Made by a program: the position numbers and the translations under genes
Shown here: in pieces, positions 1 through 9,500 of the stretch
Layout: the number at the start of each line of letters is the position of its first letter
How positions within the stretch are numbered: the first letter of the stretch is position 1
Notes under the pieces: generated by a model
Seen by the model: only the letters and a program-made list of their open reading frames with translations
What the model was told of the DNA's origin: nothing
The model's database searches: none
Source of the DNA: a virus
Lineage: Duplodnaviria > Caudoviricetes
Length of the DNA: 42,862 bases
IMG/VR virus record: IMGVR_UViG_3300037991_002697
Location: 1-42,862 of that record
Direction: 5' to 3' (one strand)

Positions 1-1046
1 ATACCATCCCAACACTTCTTCGCTTCGCTGAAAGGAATAACAGCGTTCTTGAGATCAATCGACTTAGGAAGAGACATACCAACCACGGAACGCATCCATC
101 CGTCTGTATTCTTAGCGAGTTGCTTGTCGAGAGCATCCTGCATGGCCTTTTGCGTTTGCGATTCGCGAGGGGCTTGCTGGTTACCACCACTGATCGTTTT
201 GGTAACTTGCTCCGACTCAGCGGAAGAACCATCATCCTCAGCATCAGCAGCGGACTCCATCGTACCGTTGCCCTTTGCTTCCGATGACTCACCGTCTTCC
301 GCTGAGTCGCCAGCATTGGAAGAAGAGGAACCACCCTCTTCTTGACCCTCAGACTCATCGGAGTCCGAACCCTCGCCGGAACCGGCGTTGTTTTCGTTTC
401 CACTCTCATCGCCTTCGCCAGCGTCAGCACCGTCTTCGCTCTCCATATCCATATCGGGAGTAACGGTCTCGGAGTCATGAACTTGGGCGTACTCGTAGAC
501 ATCGCGAACGATCTCAAGAACTTCGTCGAGATCTTCAACGTCATCGATACGAGAAATGAATTCCTGCTCGACAGCATCGAACGGAACATTGAGGTCAGTC
601 TTGTAGTTGAGGTTGATTCGGTCAACCAGTGAATACTCAGCGAGATCAGCATCCATAGGCCCGAAGAAGCCCCGCGTCATCATCTCGGGGTAACCAGCCC
701 GGTAGTCCTTACGGAGGCCGGGGAACTTGCGTTGAATAAGTCGGTCGATGCGGGCGTCCTCAACCACGTTGAGGTATTGCATCACGCGATCCGTGTGGTT
801 GGCATCAACACTGGTAAGGAACTCGACGATCTCATCGGCCGACATCTTGGTGAACAGTGCGTGGCCAACTTCGTGACCGATCAGCATATCGTTGAGTCGG
901 CGACTCATGTCTTTCCACAGGGGCATACGCAGGACACGGGACTCGGTGTCGAAGGTAGCCGTGACGGCGTTACTGTCGTACATCACGGAGATGTTCTCAG
1001 TAGCCAGGAGTTTCGCGAATCCGTTAGCAGGGAGGGTTGAGGTCAT
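1..1046 (-). CDS. HEXXH metallopeptidase-like protein of T4-like phages (CobT/VWA-associated type); 3' end runs off the window
   Basis: Not in the ORF track. Hand translation from ATG at 1046 gives MTSTLPANGFAKLLATENISVMYD...RVLRMPLWKDM...MLIGHEVGHALFT. An acidic S/E/D-rich linker lies at ~180-480 and the frame is open at the window start (...IDLKNAVIPFSEAKKCWDG). AGGAA lies upstream. Confidence 0.85.
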   Translation of the reverse strand, partial: MTSTLPANGFAKLLATENISVMYDSNAVTATFDTESRVLRMPLWKDMSRRLNDMLIGHEVGHALFTKMSADEIVEFLTSVDANHTDRVMQYLNVVEDARIDRLIQRKFPGLRKDYRAGYPEMMTRGFFGPMDADLAEYSLVDRINLNYKTDLNVPFDAVEQEFISRIDDVEDLDEVLEIVRDVYEYAQVHDSETVTPDMDMESEDGADAGEGDESGNENNAGSGEGSDSDESEGQEEGGSSSSNAGDSAEDGESSEAKGNGTMESAADAEDDGSSAESEQVTKTISGGNQQAPRESQTQKAMQDALDKQLAKNTDGWMRSVVGMSLPKSIDLKNAVIPFSEAKKCWDG

Positions 1047-1101
1047 GGTGGTTCCTGTTAGGGGTCTGTTAGGGTCATGGTGGGGGTATCCCACAGGGGC
1101 C

Positions 1102-1129
1102 AGCCTACCATAACTGGCTGGGGGTGCAA
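1102..1129 (-). promoter_or_regulatory. sigma70-like early promoter TTGCAC-N16-TAGGCT with extended -10 TG and upstream A-tracts
   Basis: -35 at 1124-1129, -10 at 1102-1107; two A7 tracts (UP-element-like) at ~1153-1170. Confidence 0.6.
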
Positions 1130-1281
1130 CCCGTTGGGGTGCAAAATGGGGGTTTTTTTGAAGTTTTTTTGGCCCCCCTGGCGACCCAGAAATGAGGGGC
1201 CCCTCCTGGCGTCCAATGGGCAGGGGCCCCACGGGGGGTCGCCTGAAAGTGTATAGTCCTACAGCGTCGATTTGGAACGAC

Positions 1282-1288
1282 CTACATA
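1282..1288 (+). promoter_or_regulatory. late-promoter-like motif CTACATA
   Basis: Immediately upstream of AGGAG and ATG 1306; the motif recurs before many genes. Confidence 0.5.
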
Positions 1289-1305
1289 GGGCAGGAGAAT
1301 ACACA

Positions 1306-1596
1306 ATGCCGATTTACGATTTCAAATGTGAGAAGTGTGAACATCAGTTCAGTGAGATGAAGACCATCGCGAATAGGGATGAACCATTGGGGGAACCATG
1401 TCCCAAGTGTGGCCTCGTTGGGTGTGTCGTGAAGGAATACTTAGGGGCACCGGCACAGATGCTCGACACCAACTACAGGGTAGACAGCAAGCACAACATG
1501 GGCGGGTTCAGAGACGCCATGGAGAGAATGGCCGAGAGACCTGGCATCAAGGGTACACCAGACGGCGACCGTATCAAAGCGAAGTACTGCACATGA
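1306..1596 (+). CDS. FmdB-family zinc-ribbon protein
   Basis: MPIYDFKCEKCEHQF...PCPKCG; AGGAG RBS supports start 1306 rather than 1192. Confidence 0.85.
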   Translation: MPIYDFKCEKCEHQFSEMKTIANRDEPLGEPCPKCGLVGCVVKEYLGAPAQMLDTNYRVDSKHNMGGFRDAMERMAERPGIKGTPDGDRIKAKYCT

Positions 1597-1673
1597 GACA
1601 AGGCGCGATGGCCCTTTTTATTAGACTAACAAAAAACATTTCAGGCAAATAAGACCCACAGGAGTACTCAACC

Positions 1674-1964
1674 ATGTCCTTTGACCGAGAAGCAATCGAA
1701 GCAGAAATCGAAGCACAGATCGCCTCAGATGGCGATGTCTTTGACTTTGGTTTCTCCTTTGCTGATACCGATGAAGTAGCACAGGAGTCCTCTCTTGTGC
1801 AATCGAATAGTGACGCAATGCAATCCATTGAGAAGATCGTTCTTCCTCTTCTAGTCAATCTGAAGAAGGATCCTGAGCGTGATTACATTCTCTGGAAAGG
1901 GCATGATCGTGTCTCACAATGCAACCTTGCAATCGAACGTCTACTGAATATCACTAGAGGATAA
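1674..1964 (+). CDS. conserved T4-like phage hypothetical protein
   Basis: AGGAG RBS; FDFGFSF...LPLLVNLKKDPERDYILW pattern resembles T4-like phage hypotheticals. Confidence 0.75.
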   Translation: MSFDREAIEAEIEAQIASDGDVFDFGFSFADTDEVAQESSLVQSNSDAMQSIEKIVLPLLVNLKKDPERDYILWKGHDRVSQCNLAIERLLNITRG

Positions 1965-1969
1965 TCGTC

Positions 1970-3793
1970 ATGGGCAAGAAAGTTTACCTTCAGAAGAAGA
2001 GACCACAATCGGATATGCTTTTCTCTCGTCGAAAGATTGAGGAGGCAGTTGGTCTTGCTACCCTAGCAACGGCATTGTTGAATCTTCCTCTTGTGGTAAA
2101 GTTGCTCAATCGTATGGTGAATGTGGATTCATCGGCGATTGCAGGTAAGTTGATGCGTGTTCCCGGCGTGTCACGGATTCTTGCAAAGGCAGATGCAGAC
2201 AACATTCTCAAGGTCATCGATGTGATTGACTTCATGCGTACACTCATGGAGGATGATGTTCTCGATGAGAGTCTTGCGACGATGATTCGCCAGCATGATG
2301 ATCCCTTTGAGTTTGCTCAAGCAGCGATTCAGGCAATCAAGGATGGTAGTCTGAAGTTGAAGAAGCGTGGCGCGGCGAACACGCGAGAGTTGATCGCTGC
2401 ATGGTACAAGGCAAATCGTAAGCGAGTTCCCGTCAAGGAACAGGCTGAGAAAAGACTACGCAAACCTACCGTGTTGGTCTTGACTGGACAAGAGGACTCC
2501 AAGGTAACAGGCACAGCAGAGCGTATTCTCAAGGTGTCCGTGGATTTGGGTCTTTCTGCGTTTCCCGTACTCGTCAACAAGGCGTACATCGCGGACGAGG
2601 ATGCAACGGACAACAGCATCACCATTCACAACTACGACGGCGAAGGCAACAAGATCACGGTACAGACAGACAATACCGTAGTCTTTGTTCGTGGTAGTGC
2701 CATTCTCAACAATGCAGGACTTGGAATCATGCAGGTGTTGGAACAGGCAGGTGCGTCGATGGTGAATGGTATTCAGACGATGCAACTATGTCAAAACAAA
2801 ATGGCGTCGGCGTTGACACTTGATCGTCACGGGATTCCTACTCCCAAGACAGCGTTCGTGTCCAACGAGGATTCCATCGGGATTGCATTGAAGAAGATCG
2901 GTGGACAGTTTCCCGTGGTCGTGAAGACCATCACAGGATCAGAGGGCATCGGCGTTGCCGTGGTGGACTCTGAGCAATCTCTGAAGTCCGTTCTTCAGTC
3001 TCTCTGGAAGTACGATGCTGAAGTCATTCTTCAGGAGTTCATGAAGATCAAGTACGATGTTCGTACCATTGTCGCCGATGGCAAGATCATCGCCTGCATG
3101 AAGCGTATCAAGGGCAAGAAAGACTTCCGTACCAACAAGGCACTCGGTAACGACACCGAACCATATGACTTGTCTGAAGAGGAGAAGGATTTGGTTCGTC
3201 GTGTTGCAGCGTTGTCCGGCGGGCGTGTTGTGGGTGTGGATCATATCACCGTGGGTGGTAAGCACTATGTCCTTGAGGTGAATGGATCACCAGGCAGTGG
3301 CGCAGACAAGTATCGTGCGTACTTTGGAGAGAAACGAAACGTCAACGGCGACCAGATGATGTCACACATCGTATCACTCATGACACAGAACGATGCACGG
3401 CGATCCAACGAACAAACCGTGGGGTACATCGAGAAGGCATCCATTGAAGGATTCGATGTCAAGGCCAAACTGGACACCGGCAACGGTAGTTACAATGCGG
3501 TTCATGCAGAGGACATTGAGTTGAAGGGCAATGAGGTATCGTTCTTGCTATTGGGTAAGAAGCGAATGACTCTACCCGTGAAAGAGACCAAGCGTATTCA
3601 CCTAGGCGGTGGCGAGTTCGAGGATCGTCCAGTGGTTCAACTGAACATGACTCTCGGTCGTAAAGAGTACACGGATGTTTACTTTGCCCTTGCAGATCGA
3701 AAACTCAATGTGTATCCGATTCTTATCGGTAAGCCATTCCTTAGTTCTGCTAACTATAGCGTAAGCGTCAACAAGAAGTTCACTCTGGGGTAA
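1970..3793 (+). CDS. rimK: RimK-family ATP-grasp ligase fused to C-terminal RimK-associated aspartic-type protease, with N-terminal extension
   Basis: NKMAS..L...GIPTPKT, FPVVVKTITGSEGIGV, ILQEF, DVR, DFRTN, GVD, VLEVNGSPG; C-terminal KAKLDTGN and ILIGKPFL. Confidence 0.88.
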   Translation: MGKKVYLQKKRPQSDMLFSRRKIEEAVGLATLATALLNLPLVVKLLNRMVNVDSSAIAGKLMRVPGVSRILAKADADNILKVIDVIDFMRTLMEDDVLDESLATMIRQHDDPFEFAQAAIQAIKDGSLKLKKRGAANTRELIAAWYKANRKRVPVKEQAEKRLRKPTVLVLTGQEDSKVTGTAERILKVSVDLGLSAFPVLVNKAYIADEDATDNSITIHNYDGEGNKITVQTDNTVVFVRGSAILNNAGLGIMQVLEQAGASMVNGIQTMQLCQNKMASALTLDRHGIPTPKTAFVSNEDSIGIALKKIGGQFPVVVKTITGSEGIGVAVVDSEQSLKSVLQSLWKYDAEVILQEFMKIKYDVRTIVADGKIIACMKRIKGKKDFRTNKALGNDTEPYDLSEEEKDLVRRVAALSGGRVVGVDHITVGGKHYVLEVNGSPGSGADKYRAYFGEKRNVNGDQMMSHIVSLMTQNDARRSNEQTVGYIEKASIEGFDVKAKLDTGNGSYNAVHAEDIELKGNEVSFLLLGKKRMTLPVKETKRIHLGGGEFEDRPVVQLNMTLGRKEYTDVYFALADRKLNVYPILIGKPFLSSANYSVSVNKKFTLG

Positions 3794-3795
3794 GC

Positions 3796-3999
3796 ATGAA
3801 GTCATTCAAGCAGTTTTTAGAAGACGTTCGAAAGATGCCTGATGGAAAGTATGGCGTCTATGCGGATAAGTTCGTCAAGGGTAAGAGAGTGATGACTCCA
3901 GGCGGAAAGCACGCAAAGGAACTCAAGAAGGTCTACGACAACGAGAAGGATGCTAACGATTACATGGCAGCAATCATGATCGCAAAGGGCGGTGGGTAA
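3796..3999 (+). CDS. small basic protein, putative internal head protein
   Basis: N-terminus MKSFKQFLE resembles the T4 internal-protein capsid-targeting sequence. Confidence 0.7.
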   Translation: MKSFKQFLEDVRKMPDGKYGVYADKFVKGKRVMTPGGKHAKELKKVYDNEKDANDYMAAIMIAKGGG

Positions 4000-4694
4000 T
4001 GAAAACGTATGATAACCTATTCGAAGTCTTCGCAAAGCGTGGGTTTGCCTACGAAGCGATGATTCAGAAGCAACTCTACAAGATGGGATTGGCCAACACG
4101 GACAAGACCGCAGGTGCATCCAATCGTGCGGACGTTCTGTTCGTCCACAAGGGCAAAGAACACAACCTAGAGATTGGTACAGCAGGTAAAGACTTCGCAC
4201 AGGGCAAGGTTCACTGGAAGAAGGACAGATGGTACGCAGACACAAAGAACAGTAAGGCGATTACCGACTACCTACAGACACTTACATACGATGATGACCT
4301 CATGAACCAGTGGGGCCCAGTTGCACTTGGTAAGAAGACCGATGCACAGGTGACTTCAGATATGCGAGTGTCGGCCGCACGATCAGGCGGCGATCTCTAC
4401 CTCACTGACATCGATCCTGATATCATTGCAAACTACTACGCAGACAAGGGCGTGTACTACATCCACGTTGAGGGTGCAGGTGCATTCCACCTTGCAAAGA
4501 ACCCTGCACGCCTGCCCCTTCCCTACTTCGACGTTCGACCAGAGATTCGATTCCGTGTCAAGGGATACGGCGGTGGAAAGTACGACACCACATGGGCGAT
4601 CAAGATTCCTAAGTCCTCTCTTCCACAGAGTCCCTACACGTTTGACCCATCAGACACCAAACGTAAGGGCCCGGCTGAGTTCCTGAAGAAGTAA
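3999..4694 (+). CDS. PD-(D/E)XK nuclease-like protein with capsid-targeting-like N-terminus
   Basis: MKTYDNLFE; YE helix, then ADV...LEIG (degenerate D..ExK); TAATG coupling with the upstream gene. Confidence 0.55.
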   Translation: MKTYDNLFEVFAKRGFAYEAMIQKQLYKMGLANTDKTAGASNRADVLFVHKGKEHNLEIGTAGKDFAQGKVHWKKDRWYADTKNSKAITDYLQTLTYDDDLMNQWGPVALGKKTDAQVTSDMRVSAARSGGDLYLTDIDPDIIANYYADKGVYYIHVEGAGAFHLAKNPARLPLPYFDVRPEIRFRVKGYGGGKYDTTWAIKIPKSSLPQSPYTFDPSDTKRKGPAEFLKK

Positions 4695-4698
4695 ACCA

Positions 4699-4705
4699 CT
4701 ACATA
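4699..4705 (+). promoter_or_regulatory. late-promoter-like motif CTACATA
   Basis: Intergenic, upstream of GGAG and ATG 4729. Confidence 0.55.
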
Positions 4706-4728
4706 AAGAGTATGCCTCTGGAGACAAT

Positions 4729-6588
4729 ATGAGCGAAGAAGAACATATCAACGAAGGTGATTTTGAGGAAGCGATCAAGAGAAAGGTCGTAGTCCGTGGT
4801 GGTAAGAAGATCCGTAAGAAGGTCACCACCAAGTCTGGTTATCGTATGGCCGGAGGTAAGCAGGTTCGTATGTCCGCATCCGAAAAGCGTAAACGTGCTA
4901 AGGGTGCCAAGAAGGCAGCAAGAAAGAGACGCGGTAGAATGGCAGGGATCCTGCGAAAGCGTAAGAAGTCGCTTCGTAAGCGTAAGTCACTAAACATGGG
5001 CGAATCATGGACTCAAAACTGGGTTCAGTCTATCAGTGAAGCAGCATTCGGTGTGATGACAGAAGGATCACAGAAGTACTATGATCCAACCTACTTTGGT
5101 AGTCATGATCAAAGTCTTATCGTGTTCGTCGGCTCAAAGGAGTTTGAAGAGGTAGAGTTCAAGACTACTTTCGTCAAGACTCTACGAAAAATTGTAGGTC
5201 GCTTGAACGGTAGACCCCAAGAGGACTACAAAGCGGGGATCATGGCATTTGAGTTTGATGTTTCAGACTTGAATGCAGGCGAGGTTACCAAGATCATTGA
5301 AAAGGTCGCTAAGACATACAGTGTGTCTCTCAACAACGACGGTACGGTGTCTGGTGCAGGCGAGGGCGATCTACTTCGTGGGATTGTCTACACTCGTAAC
5401 GCGATGAGCGAAGAAGCATACGAACTAGAGGACGATGAGGAACTCGTCAATGAGTTCTGGGACTCCGATGACTTCTTCGATCCTGATGATGAGTACAAAG
5501 ACATGGAAGATGATGTCTCTGATAACTACTACAACTTGGAAGAGGAAATCGATCCCAACGAGTTCCCCGATCCACTACCACGGGCCCTTGCACAAATCTT
5601 CAAGGGTAAAGGTAAACGAGATGGAGACGCAAAGGACGATGTGATTCGTACACGCGAGACACAATGGCCTGCTGCTAAGTTGCTTCCCTCCCAAGACGCA
5701 ATCTACCTCGGTAAGTCACTCGGTATGGCCATCGGTGGTGTCAAGGGTGGTAACCTTGGTTCCATCGTGTCTAACGACAATCGTATTCTCGATGGTCACC
5801 ACAGGTGGGCAGCAACTTCCTTCAACGATCCAAAGGCCCGAGTCGGTGGAGTTGAAGTGGATCTACCAATCAAAGATCTAATCCCCGTCCTTCGTGCGAT
5901 GGGTGATGCGTATGGTAACGCAAGACGAGGCAACCCAGGCGGTGGCGATCTCAACATCTATCAAGCAAAGTTGAAGGATGCCCTCGATGCGATCTACCAC
6001 GGCAAGTACATGAATCCCAAGTTCTATGACAAGGATGCGGCGGTCGAGTGGTTGGAAAGCATTGGTGGTGAAAAGGTTCTTGCAGAACGACTCATGGCAA
6101 TTCAGTCCAAGACTCCTCCTGCTGGCGCACCACCTCGCAATCGTATGCCCGTTATCGATGCAGATAAAGGTGAACACCTCGACGCAGCGAAGGCACTTGC
6201 CAAGGGCGAGTTGGATGTCTATCCACCCTATGCAAAAGAATCATTCCAATCACTCGAAAGTAAGATCAAGCAAGTCACACTTGACGAGATGGTTCGGTAC
6301 GATAATGGTAATCTACAGTTGGACGACATCGGTGACCCTGATAATCCCAATGTAATCATTAGCGGGTACGGTGTCATGTCTGTAAATCGTCTTCGTAAAG
6401 AGATTTCAGGGCGTCTTCAAGAACTATCGAAGATGACAGATAGGAACACAGATAAACTCTACTTTGAGGTTCTAAACGATAGAGGTATTTTACGCCTCTT
6501 TGTTTCTGCTTTGCAAGATGTCGAGAAGCAACTTGCATCTGCAACAGTCAAGAGAAGAATTACGATGCTCAAGAAAGGAAGCAAGTAA
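4729..6588 (+). CDS. multidomain putative virion protein: gp68 prohead-core-like basic domain + acidic linker + ParB/Srx-like domain
   Basis: VRGGKKIRKK..GYRMAGGKQVRMSASEKRKR...RKRKKSLRKRKSL; LLPSQ...IVSNDNRILDGHHRWAA; repeated INE/ISE/LEE/LDE sites. Confidence 0.65.
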   Translation: MSEEEHINEGDFEEAIKRKVVVRGGKKIRKKVTTKSGYRMAGGKQVRMSASEKRKRAKGAKKAARKRRGRMAGILRKRKKSLRKRKSLNMGESWTQNWVQSISEAAFGVMTEGSQKYYDPTYFGSHDQSLIVFVGSKEFEEVEFKTTFVKTLRKIVGRLNGRPQEDYKAGIMAFEFDVSDLNAGEVTKIIEKVAKTYSVSLNNDGTVSGAGEGDLLRGIVYTRNAMSEEAYELEDDEELVNEFWDSDDFFDPDDEYKDMEDDVSDNYYNLEEEIDPNEFPDPLPRALAQIFKGKGKRDGDAKDDVIRTRETQWPAAKLLPSQDAIYLGKSLGMAIGGVKGGNLGSIVSNDNRILDGHHRWAATSFNDPKARVGGVEVDLPIKDLIPVLRAMGDAYGNARRGNPGGGDLNIYQAKLKDALDAIYHGKYMNPKFYDKDAAVEWLESIGGEKVLAERLMAIQSKTPPAGAPPRNRMPVIDADKGEHLDAAKALAKGELDVYPPYAKESFQSLESKIKQVTLDEMVRYDNGNLQLDDIGDPDNPNVIISGYGVMSVNRLRKEISGRLQELSKMTDRNTDKLYFEVLNDRGILRLFVSALQDVEKQLASATVKRRITMLKKGSK

Positions 6589-9500
6589 TGGACGAGGCAA
6601 AGAAAACCGAATACATGATGAAGAAGCGTAAGGACGGTACGTTCTCGATTCTTCGAAAGACTGATAGTGGGCCTGTCGGTATGTTCCACAAACTTGACAA
6701 GAAGGCAGCAGACAACATCATGAAGAAACTCGAAGGCGGTGCTGATGCAAGAGACCGACGAGAACGTGGTATGCCTGATGCTAAAGGTCAACGCTTGTTC
6801 GCTTCCTTTCAAGAACACGTTGAGTTTGCAGAAGAGCAACTTGATGAGATGTCTGCGAAGGCACACTACAAGACCTATCAAGCAAAGTTCAAGGCCCCAC
6901 CCATCGATAGAGATCGTTACCCCAACCGAGAGGCACAAGGTCTTGAGGGCCCCTTCCAGACCAAGAAGACTCGTAAAATCTTTTACTACGACAAGAAGGC
7001 TGGTAAGTACTACGATCCCGACACTGACATGTACCTACAAGTAAGTGACATCATGGAAGATGTCGAGCAGGTTGAAGAAAAGTTTGAGTTTCAGTTTGCA
7101 GACAAAGAAACTGCACAGAAGTTCATGCGAGAGGTCATGCAGAAGAGGTTGGGAAACTCGACCGGAACCCGTGATGGTCAAGTGACCACTATGACAAACT
7201 CGGGCCGAACCGGCGAGCCAACAATGGCACACAAGGAAATGGCAAAGATCATGAAGAAGCACGGTGGTAAACTCACTAGAACAGATGAGGGGCCGTCACT
7301 AGCAAAGATCTTCGAAGAGACCGTTGAACTCGATGAAAACATCGTTTCCGATAAAGTGTATCGGGCATCACACGGTAAGAAACCAAATCCAAATGAGACA
7401 GGTGGTTGGTACTTTGGTTTCAGCACTCATCCCGATGATATTGTGTATCAGTCTCCTAAAGAGATGAAATACAAGGACGCAAAGAAAGAAGCAGAAAAGG
7501 TTGCGAAGGAAAAAGGTCTCAAGAAGATTTATGTAATGGACTCTTATGACCCAGAACTTGATGAAAGCCGAAAACGGATTGGTATCAAAACCATCAAGTT
7601 TGCAAAAATTCTTGGGTTGAGTAAAGCCGCGAAGGATGTTTTCGCTTCTGCAATCAACATGTCACAAACGGCCGGCGTTCCGGGCATGGACGCTCCACTA
7701 GCAACCGCAGACAACTTACAGAAGTTCAGTGATGGTGATTTCGTTGGTGCTTTGGTTTACCTTCGTAAGAACTCATCGAAGTTGCCCGCTGGTGGTCGGA
7801 AGTATGCAAAAGAAATCCTCGATGCTTTGGGGGATGAAATCACAGAGCAACTTGACGAGGATGGTCACACAGACGTTGCCTCTGCGAAGATGAAAGTTGA
7901 TATTGCAGGGAAGGCACTGATCCGCATGAAAATGGAACTCAGCAAACTTCCTAACGAGGCTTCACTACCATCGTGGTGGACTGATAAAGTAGCGATTGCC
8001 GTTGATAAACTTGACGGTATGGCAGACTACTTAGATTCAGTCGTTGAAGATGTGCAACTCGATGAAGCAGTTGATCAGAAGCAACTCCTCACCATGTACA
8101 AGAAACTGAAGAAGGGCGACAAGATCGATGTTACCTTCGACTCCTCCATCCGTAAGGGTAAGGAGCCTATGACTCTTGTTGTAACAAGTCCACACCGTGT
8201 AGTTGGTAAGGCCAAGGTCGGTCGTATCATCTTCAAGGACGTAGAGAACATGGGCGGTGTGAAGTACTTCTGGTACAACCGTGATGATAAGATCAGCATG
8301 GCCCAAGGTGATATGGCCGTATCACCAAGAGAAGTCAAGATGTCAACCGACGAGGGTTTCGCAAGTGACGCTCAACGGCGTGCTGCGTTCGCCAGCGGTT
8401 ACAAGGCAAAGGGCAAGAAGGGTAAGAAGGAAGAGACCGAACTCGAAGAAAGCACTCCTGAGTATCGTGCGATGATGAAGAAATACAAAGGCAGCGATAT
8501 GGAGAAGGTCTTCGACATTCTCGACAAGCATGGATATCGTCTAGGCGAACAGGGTGACACTCTTGTTCGCAACATGCTGAAGAAGTTCAAAGGCGATGTC
8601 AAGAAAGCGGCAGCATTCATCATGAAGTCATATCCCAGTATGAAAAAAGAAGATGTGCAACTTGATGAGACTAACTTCCGATTCCCACAGCCCGGAGAGT
8701 ATTACGGCGACCTTGCAAAGTCCATCAGTGACGACCCTTATTACACTATGAGTAAGGCTGAACTAAAGAAGAGAAGTGATGAAGTTGATCGTAAGTTTGC
8801 AGTCGTAATGCGTAAACATAGAGGCACGAAAGTCGGTGAGGTGCTTGACCTTCTTGACAAGGATGGTGGTAGAAAACTTTACAAAGATAGTGACATCAAA
8901 CAAATTGGCAAATATCTCACTAAATTCAAAGACAATGTAAGAAAAGTTGCACATCAAATGATGATCGACTACATGGAGGGCGATGACTACTTGGCAAAGA
9001 AAAGGATTCCGGTCAAGGAAGATGTGCAAGAGGGTAAGAAGATGAAGGTCAAACTCGACCCCAACAAGTCAATGGATAAGGTTGTCAAGACTCTCGAAGA
9101 CAAGATGACCGATGCTGAGATGGATAAGCGAGAGAAGATCGTCAAGTCCATGAAGAAGAAGAAGGATGACTTCAAGGCACGATACGGTGACCAAGCAGAC
9201 GATGTGATGTACGCGACTGCTACCAAGATGGCCATGAAGGACAGTTACGAACTGGAAGATGGCTCTACGATCAACGAGTCGTTCGAAAGTGAGTTCCCCA
9301 CATCCCAAGTCGAGACTCTCGCAGCAAATATGACTCCGGTTGTTCGTGACCGTTGGGTGATCAAAGAAGCACCATTCGATGACATCAAGAAGATTGTTGC
9401 AGACAAGAGCATGATGACTGTCAAGTTCCCTGATGGTAAGCAGAAGGTTGACATGATGACTGCAAACGTACTCATGACCGTTTACGATGCACTCAACGAT

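Noticed and set aside
1058-1078. 6-codon uORF (MTLTDP, minus strand) in the peptidase leader
   Set aside because: Arises from the CCCTAACAG tandem repeat; no support for translation
49-1113. Plus-strand ORFs 49-345, 275-463, 342-632, 732-1040 and 892-1113
   Set aside because: Antisense shadows of the minus-strand peptidase-like gene
1192-1305. N-terminal extension of the FmdB ORF
   Set aside because: Family N-terminus and RBS point to ATG 1306
1593-1652. 19-aa ORF overlapping the FmdB stop (ATGA)
   Set aside because: Too short, no motif or RBS evidence
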